This document shows positions 52,943 to 64,000 of a DNA stretch of 64,000 bases, one piece after another. The stretch comes from Eledone cirrhosa (taxonomy: Eukaryota): NCBI GenBank assembly GCA_964016885.1, contig OZ024749.1:38626001-38690000 (forward strand), read 5' to 3'. The translations under genes and the position numbers were made by a program. The first letter of the stretch is position 1, and the number at the start of each line of letters is the position of its first letter. Below the pieces are notes generated by a model, which searched no databases, was not told where the DNA came from, and saw only the letters and a list, made by a program, of their open reading frames with translations.

Positions 52943-53334
52943 AATTGTTTCTACTTTAGGCACAAGGCCAGCAATTACCCACTGCATTACTGGTACTTTA
53001 TTTTATCGACCCCGTAAGGATGAAAGGCAAAGTCAACCTCGGCGGGATTTGAACTCAGATCGTAAAGGGACGTAACTATGCTGGAAAGCATGGCGTCCGA
53101 CCCTCTACCGATCCCGCCAATCCACCGCCCTTAGATCTGCTAGAATAATTGTTTCTCCTTTAGGCACAAGGCCAGCAATTACCCAGTGCATTACTGGTAC
53201 TTTATTTTATCGACCCCGTAAGGATGTGAAAGGCAAAGTCAACCTCGGCGGGATTTGAACTCAGATCGTAAAGGGACGTAACTATGCTGGAAAACATGGC
53301 GTCCGACCCTCTACCGATACTGCCAATCCACCGC
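52943..53334 (-). mobile_element. Two tandem SINE family 1 copies
   Basis: Copies at 52943-53129 and 53147-53334. Confidence 0.88.
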
Positions 53335-53725
53335 AACGCCTCTATCGGTTTGGACAATAAATCTAAGTAATTTCTAATTGTTCAAACAACTTCAGTTAGA
53401 CTATTTCCGGTTATTACGTGGTGTAGTCATTTAAACTTTTTGTCCAAAGATGACTTGGGCATTTTATTTGTTTTTAACACTTACCATTAACACTTTGCAT
53501 CTGAGGGGTGTGGTGGGGGTTCAGGGTTGGAGGTCAAAATTTGGTGTGTAAGTAAATCTGCATAAATACATTGATATTTGCGACGGAGGAGTTCAATTCT
53601 AAACTGTTCTGGGATATATATATATAAAATATATATGTATAAGTATATATATATGTGTATGTATTATATATATATGTATATATATATATATATATATGCA
53701 TGTATGTATATATACATATGTATGC

Positions 53726-53788
<63 letters not shown>

Positions 53789-53790
53789 CA

Positions 53791-53869
<79 letters not shown>

Positions 53870-53938
53870 ATGTATATATATGTATGTATATACATACATA
53901 TATGTGTATGTATGTATGTATGTATATATATATATACA

Positions 53939-54014
<76 letters not shown>

Positions 54015-54043
54015 CATATATATATGTATATATATACATACAC

Positions 54044-54086
<43 letters not shown>

Positions 54087-54296
54087 TACATACATACATA
54101 CACACATACATACATACACACATACATACATACATACATACACACATACACACATGCACACATACACACATACATACATACATACATACACACACACACA
54201 CTCGGATGTACTTGATTATTACACCCGTTCTCTTCCAACAGCTTCCTTCAGCCAACATTAGCACCACCAGTGGCAGCACCATCGGCAGCACCATCG

Positions 54297-54329
<33 letters not shown>

Positions 54330-54519
54330 CCAGCAGCAGCAGCAACACTAGCCATCCCCGACGGTGGGGATTATTAACTGAATGATTTTAACATCAATGA
54401 GATTCTCATGGGAAATTGTTTGGTTTTGTTTTGTTTTTTTTGTATGGTTGTTGCTGTTGTTGTTGTTTTCGTATTTTGTCTTTTTTTTTGCCATCAAGGT
54501 CAATAGCAATTTGTTACGT

Positions 54520-54644
54520 CATCATCCTCATCATCATCATCATCATCATCATCATTTACCACCATCGGCATCGTCATCATCATCATCATCATCATCACTA
54601 TCATTTACCACCATCGGCATCGTCATCGTCATCGTCGTCATCAC

Positions 54645-54690
<46 letters not shown>

Positions 54691-54849
54691 ATCCGCCTCA
54701 TCATCCTCATCACCATCGCCATCGTCTTCGACATCATCATCATCATCATTGTCATAATCCTCACACATCGTCCTTCGTCATCGTCTTGATCATCATAACC
54801 ATCGCCATCATCATCATCATCATCACCATCATACCCACCACCGCCATCG

Positions 54850-54906
<57 letters not shown>

Positions 54907-54938
54907 CCACCATCATCACCGCCACCGTCAGCACCATC

Positions 54939-55008
<70 letters not shown>

Positions 55009-55050
55009 CCACCATCATCATGATTATCAATACACATCATCACCATCATC
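54520..55050. repeat. (CAT)n/(CAC)n trinucleotide field
   Basis: Directly visible. Confidence 0.9.
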
Positions 55051-55325
55051 ACGTGGTTATATTCCCGGCTCTCTATACTCTGAGTTTAAATCTTCATTCC
55101 TGTAGGGTCGATATAATAAAGTATTAGTAACGTGCTGAGGTCGATTTAATTGATTTTATCCCTTCTTTTTAAGTTGCTTGCCTTGTGCTAAAGTCTATAG
55201 AGATTTTGTGTGATGAACATTTGCTGAAGATGCTCATTTGTATACAGCAAATAGAAAACACTGGCTGAAAATACCGGTTATATATATATATATATATCAC
55301 ATAAGAAACGGAGAATCAGTGTTGC

Positions 55326-55374
<49 letters not shown>

Positions 55375-55418
55375 TACACACACATATACACACACACTGA
55401 CGCACATACGCATATGTG

Positions 55419-55450
<32 letters not shown>

Positions 55451-55494
55451 TCATCATTATCATCTTCGTTTAACGTCCATTTTCCACGCTAGCA

Positions 55495-56055
55495 AGCAAA
55501 GAATCGTTGCTTTCACCCTTAACGGGATCTTCTAAAACTAAAATAAATCAATCTGTGGACGCAGAAGTAAATATTTCGAAAAGCGTTACAACCGAAAAAA
55601 GACGTTCCCTATACAAATAAATAATGATATAAACATAAAATATACTTAGCTACCACATCTGGGTTCTGTCCGTACTATCCGTTAGGATATAAAGTGGGAT
55701 TGTAATACAGAAAAGTGTTATGCAATTTGTGTTTACAAGCCGAAATTGGCTCAGATTTTTTTTTCATTGGCGTAGAGTATTTCCAGGGCTTCAGCGGCGC
55801 AAAGATCGCATGGTCTTTTGTTTCTGTTATACGATCTAGCTTTAGTTAGGATCTCCCAGTGTAACCTATATCGAGGGAACGTCTTCATGAACCAAAGTAT
55901 CGTTTTCCTGTTTTCCTTCGGTTGTAGCGTTTTTCGAAATATTTATTACTGCGTCCACAGATTGAATTTTTTTTTTTTTCAGAAGTTTCAGAAGATCCTG
56001 TTAAGGGTGAAAGCAGCAATTCTTTGCTTTCACTTTAATCCATTATTTTGATAAA
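55495..56055. mobile_element. Diverged inverted repeat of a further terminal-repeat family (related to 39110-39250, 49385-49600, 56120-56200)
   Basis: 55495-55610 is complementary to about 55874-56030. It contains CAGAAGAtcc(c/t)gttaagggtGAAA. Confidence 0.6.
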
Positions 56056-56084
56056 TATATATATATATAATATTTATTTATTTA

Positions 56085-56119
<35 letters not shown>

Positions 56120-57537
56120 TAATAATAAATTTGAAGACTAAAATCCAAAGAGGGCTCGATAAGGATAAATATATATCAGATATATAAGAACCGTATTTAT
56201 TTTAATAACTATATATATTATATATATATTATATATATACATATATATATGTGTGTGTGTGTATGGATGTATGTATGTGTGTGTGTATGTGTGTGTGTGT
56301 GCGTGTATGTATGTATATGTTTATATATATGTTTGTTTGTTTGTATTTAATTGATTGTCAAAGTCCTTTCGTCACGGCCTGTGACGTTAGCAATGACTAT
56401 TTTGGTTTACATAGTCAAGAAATAGAGTCTTGCATTAATTAAGGTGCCAAAAGTAACGAGAGTTAATAACTAGTGACAACAGAAACTAAACAATAACAGT
56501 ATAGTGGTGCCGTTGCTATGTATCCCAAACTGAATGAGATATTACCAGCTGTGCTGTGTGAAATAATTTAGATAACTGCTATTTAGTTACACACGCAACC
56601 TATGGGTACATTTCTTGCATTCATATTTTATTTCTAACTTGATAAGTCCAGCAAATAACTCGTGCTTAAAGTGTTACGCAGTGGCATAGAATCCAGGGTC
56701 TTCTGATAGTGAAAGCAATTTCGTGAGCAGACGGATATAATAAGATTATATGAGGAGAGATATAGATAAGATAAATGCATGATTTATCTTTTGATTTTTG
56801 GCATTACATCGTATTATATATGAGAGAAATGACAGTCTTTTATTTAGAAGCTAAAGTATAGATGAGGAATTGAGCTAAATCTTGAGCATATAAACAATGA
56901 ATGCAAACACAACACTCTCATCTTTTGTCAATAGAGTAACCGAAAATATATAGATAGAATTAGCACTTCGTAGAATTTCTTGGATTATGTTGTTTAGATT
57001 TGAAAATGCATGGTATGATGATGATGATTACACAAAATACAATAGCAACCATACAACCATACCCAACGAAGAACTTTATTTAGATTTCATTCTCTCTCAC
57101 TCTCTCTGTATATATATATATGTACTTGTATACACATACACACACACATATATATATATATATGCATACATATATATATATACATACATACACACACATA
57201 TATATATATATATTATATATATATATACTGTATATATATACATATACACACATATATATATGCATATATATATACATATATATATATTTATATATATATG
57301 TGTATATAAATGCAAATATATATATATACATATATATATTTATATATATACATACATATATATATTTATATATATATATGTGTATATATGCATATATACA
57401 TATATATATATATTTGTATGTATGTATATATATATGTATATATATATACATATATATATATATAAAAAAATATATATGTGTGTATATATACATACATATA
57501 TATATATAAATATATGTATATATATATGTATATATAA

Positions 57538-57629
<92 letters not shown>

Positions 57630-57824
57630 GTACTATATATATATACATATATTTATAAGGCGGTGAATTGGCAGAGTCGTCGCTAGAACGTCAAATAGAA
57701 TACTTTGTTATTCGACCTTGTTTTCTGCTCTCTCATTTCAAATCCCTCTGAGGTCAACTTTGCCTTTCATCCTTTCGAGGTCGATAAAAAAAAAGTACCA
57801 GTCTCATACTGGGGCCGATTCTTC

Positions 57825-57901
<77 letters not shown>

Positions 57902-58099
57902 AAAAAATTCTCTGTAATGGCACCGTATTGACATTCTCGTACTTGGGTATTTTAAACCTGGTGGAGTTCATCTCCTCCCCAGGGGTGATTATAGCAGGTT
58001 TCTTCCAGGGAAGGATAGAAAGTGAGAAAGAGATATAGAGGAAGACTCTACCACTGTAGACTGGTACTTTTTCATCGACCTTGCGATATATATATATAT

Positions 58100-58204
<105 letters not shown>

Positions 58205-58866
58205 GTGTGCGCGTGTGTGTGCGCGTGAGTGCGTGTGTACGTATGTATACAAATATATGCATGTATGCATACATACATAAATAAATATATATATATATGT
58301 GTACGTAAGTAATATATACATTATATATATATATATATATATATATTTAGAAACACACAGATACATGCGGACACACACATATATACATGAATGCATCCGC
58401 ACCCAACTGTGTGTGTCCGCATGTATCTGTGTGTTTCTAAATATATTAATAACTCCCTCTGGTCGAGCAATCTTTGAAGTGTGGGGACAACTGGAAAGCT
58501 TCCATTACTCATACTTCTCGCCTTCTTCACTACCTCTTCTGCGGCCTCGATATGAATACGCCCTCCGCCTCCGTGGTATTTTCTTCGTGGTTATAAGAGA
58601 CTTAGCTCTGTTTCTCGACCGTTATATCGCGTGACTATCTCCCCCTCCGCCTTTTGGGATTCTTTCTCACGTCGTGTAGACGCGTTCTTGAGACTAGTAA
58701 AATGAGGTATCCTCTTGATAAGTCGGCAGACCTCGCAAGGACTCTATATCTTTGATATATTGTTTTTGTTTATGCCACGAAACTACGTAGTCGAGGAATT
58801 TAGGAACAGTTTAGGTATGATACATTTTATTACTAATTATATCTAAATGTTTCTTCTCTCTTCATA

Positions 58867-58923
<57 letters not shown>

Positions 58924-59120
58924 AGAAAGTATGACCCCGGCGGCAGAGCTCAAGCCGTTTCGACGGTTATTTCTGGACTAAAGTAGTCCAGAAATAGCCG
59001 TCGAAACGGCTCGAGCTCTGCCGTCGGGTCATACTTTCTCCTATTACCCACTCTACTACCCTAAGTATTGAGTACTCTGGTGCGTTATGGTCCATCTGGT
59101 TCCTTACCACACCTCCTCCG

Positions 59121-59220
<100 letters not shown>

Positions 59221-59395
59221 TTCAAGAGTAACCAATCTTAAAGAGAGAGATGGAGATAGGAGAGGAGATATGAGAGGAGAGATTGGTGAATTAGTTAGAA
59301 GCCAAAGCGTAAAGGCATGTGCTCAATGCGCAATATGCAGTAGAAAGCAGCTAGGTGGCTGGGTTCATGCAGAGGTTAGGTGCGCAGAGCTGGAA

Positions 59396-59523
59396 ATATT
59401 CATTAGTTAAGCAAAACAAGACCACAAATTTCACAAGGAAGACATTATTAAAAGATTGTCAACATATTTTTTTAATAATGTCTTCCTTGTGAAATTTGTG
59501 GTCTTGTTTTGCTTAACTAATGA

Positions 59524-59528
<5 letters not shown>
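59396..59528. repeat. Perfect ~57-bp inverted repeat adjoining (TA)n
   Basis: atattcattagttaagcaaaacaagaccacaaatttcacaaggaagacattattaaaa and its reverse complement, separated by about 17 nt. Confidence 0.85.
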
Positions 59529-59568
<40 letters not shown>

Positions 59569-59598
59569 TATATATATAAATATATATATATAAATATA

Positions 59599-59632
<34 letters not shown>

Positions 59633-59644
59633 AATATATATATA

Positions 59645-59849
59645 CAGGGTCATAAGTAACCGGACAATCAATGGATCGTTATTGCAAGGTTCACAATATA
59701 TTGACGAATGGGGTCAGCTTTTCGAACGACTTTATATTTTTTTTAGATTGTTGTATTTATAATTTCGTGCTGTATGGCCAGAAAGTTAGTAAATATTATC
59801 ATTTTGAATTATAATTGTTGAGCTGCGCGGTCACTTATGACTCACCCTG
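59645..59849. mobile_element. Tc1/mariner-type MITE
   Basis: TA|cagggt..cataagtaaccg ... cggtcacttatgactcaccctg|TA. Confidence 0.65.
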
Positions 59850-60166
59850 TATACATATATATATATATGTATACTGTCGCATCGGTAAACAAACAATATA
59901 GTTTAGTTTCAACTAGCAATAACCACGCCTCGGACAACCCTCATTGGCTATGGTACGGCCTCTGCGCAAAGCTATATATATATATGTGGGTGTAAGTGTG
60001 TGTGGGGGGGGGGTGTAAGTGTGTGCGCGTGTGCGTATGCGTGAGTGTTTGCTATTTTATTTCAGGCATTCAAACATTAGCTGATGAGAAAAGTGGCAGT
60101 GGTTTTGAAGTTTCATCTTTGTTGCTTCATCAGGCTGCGTTGGGTGTCTGGAATTTGTTTATTTAT

Positions 60167-61974
60167 AATTGTTTCTACTTTAGGCACAAGGCCAGCAATT
60201 ACCCAGTGCATTACTGGTACTTAATTTTATCGACCCCGTAAGGATGAAAGGCAAAGTCAACCTCGGCGGGATATGAACTCAGATCATAAAGGGCCGTAAC
60301 TCTATGCTGCAAAGCATGGCGTCCGACCTTCTACTGATACTGTCAATCCATCTGAAATAATTGTTTCTACTTTAGGCACAAGGCCAGCAATTACCCAGTG
60401 CATTACTGGTACTTTATTTTATCGACCCCGTAAGGATGAAAGGCAAAGTCAACCTCGGCGGGATTTGAACTCAGATCGTAAAGGGACGTAACTATGCTGG
60501 ACAGCATGGCGTCCGACCCTCTAGCGATACTGCCAATAATGTTCATTTCTGATGTCGGTTTTGCATTTCATGATTATTAGTTGAAAGAGTGAAGATTTTT
60601 TTTGGTTTATGACCATGGAAATGGCTGTTGGTTTTATTTGTAATAAAGTTGTTTGAAATTGAATATTTGTGCCGATACGTGTGTTTGTGTGTGTGTGTAT
60701 CTGTTTATCTATATGTATGTGTGTGTGTGTATGTGTGTGTGTGAGTATGTATGTTTGTGTGTGTGTTTATTTATCTGTATGTGTGTGTGTGTGTGTGTGT
60801 GTGTGCGTGGCTTTCGGTTTATATCTATTTGAAAGCAAATGCTTAAGTAACCGAGATTTATTTTAAAAAAAACTTATAAACTTATAAAGGAAGAAGTTTG
60901 TTACATTGGAGTAAATAACAACACCACGTCCATACTGTTATTGTTTCCGTTCAACTATTCACTTTACACGGCATCACAAGACTTCATTTCCTCGCTAGGT
61001 AAACCAAAATTTTCATATATATACATATATGAAAAAACTTGTCATAGATTCTGTTGCTATCATTCACCAAATATCTTCACGTTTTACTGATAAAATAATG
61101 GTTTCTAATTTAGGCACAAGGCCAGCAATTTGGGGTAGGGGAAAGTCGATTCTATCGACCTCAGTACTTGACTGGTACTTTATTCAAGGATCTCAAAAGG
61201 CTAGAAGGCAAATTGACCCCGGGAAGATATTAGCTCAAAACGTAAAGAACCAGAACAAATACTGCAGAGTATTTTTCCCACTACCACCACCACTAGTTCT
61301 ACAAATAAAGTGTCTTATCTACAGTCTATTAAATTAATTGTTTCTACTTTTGGCACAAGGCCAGCAATTATCCCAGTGTATGACTGGTGCTTTATGTTAT
61401 CGACCCCGTAAAGATGAAAGGCAAAGTTAACCTCGCCGGGATTTGAACTCAGACCATAAAGAGCCGTAACTCTTTGCTGCAAAGCATGGCGTCCGACCCT
61501 GAAAGACACGAAGATCACAGTAATTCATTATCTCACCAAATATCTCGCCATGCTTTCCAGCATAGTCACGTCCCTTTACGATCTGAGTTCAATTCCCGCT
61601 GAGGTTGACTTTGCCTTTCATCCTTACGGGGTCGATAAAATAAAGTACCAGTAATGCACTGGGTAATTGCTGGCCTTGTGCCTAAAGTAGAAACAATTAT
61701 CTCACCAAATATACCCAAATCTTTATATATTAACATAAGAACCTGCCATAGATTTTGTGGGTTAGTGAAATGCGATGTACCTTTATTATTATCGGTGGAT
61801 TGGCAGTATCGGTAGAGGCTCGGACGCCATGCTTTCCACCATAGTTACGTCCCTTTACGATTTGAGTTCAAATCCCGCCGAGGTTGACTTTGCCTTTCAT
61901 CCTTACGGGGTCGATAAAATAAAGTACCAGTAATGCACTGGGTAATTGCTGGCCTTGTGCCTAAAATAGAAACA
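60167..61974. mobile_element. Cluster of SINE family 1 copies in both orientations
   Basis: 60167-60350 (-), 60359-60536 (-), 61337-61500 (-), 61547-61698 (+), 61793-61974 (+), and a degenerate copy at about 61100-61260. Confidence 0.85.
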
Positions 61975-62363
61975 ACTATTATCACTGCGAACACAATTGA
62001 TAATATTCCCATTGACATCACATTTCGTATTCCCACCTTCAGTTTGGAGTAAAATAGCAACAACACCACCTCCATCATTAGCACAAATGCTGTCGCCGCC
62101 ACCACCGCCACCACCGCCACCACCACCACCACCACCACCACAACAACAACAACAACAACATAGTACTGCTGTTTTCGGTTCTGCTGCCAACAGTTATCAA
62201 ATACCACCACACTACAATACACTAATAATCAATTCATAATGCAACGATATATATGTGTGTGTGTGTGTGAGTGTATCAACATATATATACACATATATAT
62301 ATATCAACATATATATATATACATCAACATATACATGTATATATATATCAACACACACATATA

Positions 62364-62408
<45 letters not shown>

Positions 62409-62528
62409 ACATATATGTTTATATATATATATATATATCAACATATATGTATATGTGTATATATATATACATATATATATATATATCAACATATATATAT
62501 ACATCAACATATACATGTATATATATCA

Positions 62529-62573
<45 letters not shown>

Positions 62574-62795
62574 GGAGGTGAGTTTTATTGTAGTACAATA
62601 AAGCAATGCAGATATCGGATAAGAAGCACTCTACAATTTGTAGGACTGGAGTATATATATATATATATATATATATAAATGAATATATACATATATCTTT
62701 AAAGCGATGAAATACCAATGATGGTTGGAAGATCACTGATGAAGGACTAACTTTATTCATATGTAACCCATTAGCAACCACGCAGCACGTTTATT

Positions 62796-62846
<51 letters not shown>

Positions 62847-62880
62847 ACATATATATATATGTCTGTGTGTGTGTGTCTGC

Positions 62881-63021
<141 letters not shown>

Positions 63022-63290
63022 TGTGCGTGTGTGTGTGTGTGTGCGCGTATCAACACATATTTTACAAGGACGAATTGAAGTATCAGCTTGAAGAATGAGT
63101 TGGGTCCATTTTTACATATTCTTTATTTTTACATTTTTCCATGTGGCATATTTCACATCTGACTAACTACTGACTCCTCCTCCTCCTCCTTCTGTTACAC
63201 ACCACCCTCACACATCATCATTATCACCATCACCATCTTCTTCCTCGTCATCATTGCCATCATCATCATCATCATCATCACCATCATTGC

Positions 63291-63325
<35 letters not shown>

Positions 63326-63383
63326 ATAGCAACAGTGGTATTGTCTACGACGACGCTAAGTTGATTGCAATAGTGCTAATGTC

Positions 63384-63980
<597 letters not shown>

Positions 63981-64000
63981 TTTTCTGTGGACCTAAAATC

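Noticed and set aside
62738-62790. CTGATGA hammerhead candidates at about 62736, 52313 and 60081
   Set aside because: None has a properly placed GAAA, stem II and stem I.

Overview
This is AT-rich, microsatellite-saturated animal DNA. The SINE families and (TA)n density suggest an octopus or other coleoid cephalopod, but that is an inference. One host gene is recoverable although the ORF track misses it: a 4-exon TMEM256 homolog on the + strand (exons 10305-10482, 15315-15352, 23433-23513, 24921-25064; 146 aa). Nearly everything else is mobile DNA: Penelope-like elements (PLEs; one long RT+GIY-YIG ORF and two GIY-YIG 3' fragments), CR1-, RTE-, CRE- and R4/Dong-like LINE fragments, two tRNA-headed SINE families, MITEs and a Helitron-like element. 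The most interesting signal is a hammerhead-ribozyme (HHR) system. At 34419-38536 there is an array of about 7.8 apparently identical 468-bp non-coding units plus an inverted terminal copy. Each unit carries a type I hammerhead and an octamer motif, which fits a retrozyme-like element copied from a circular RNA. Many fold-back (palindromic) PLE terminal-repeat fragments are also inserted in (TA)n tracts. They carry several distinct minimal hammerhead families, some with a very long stem II or a non-canonical core closure. All RNA structures were read by eye and none has been tested. Repeat boundaries are approximate.
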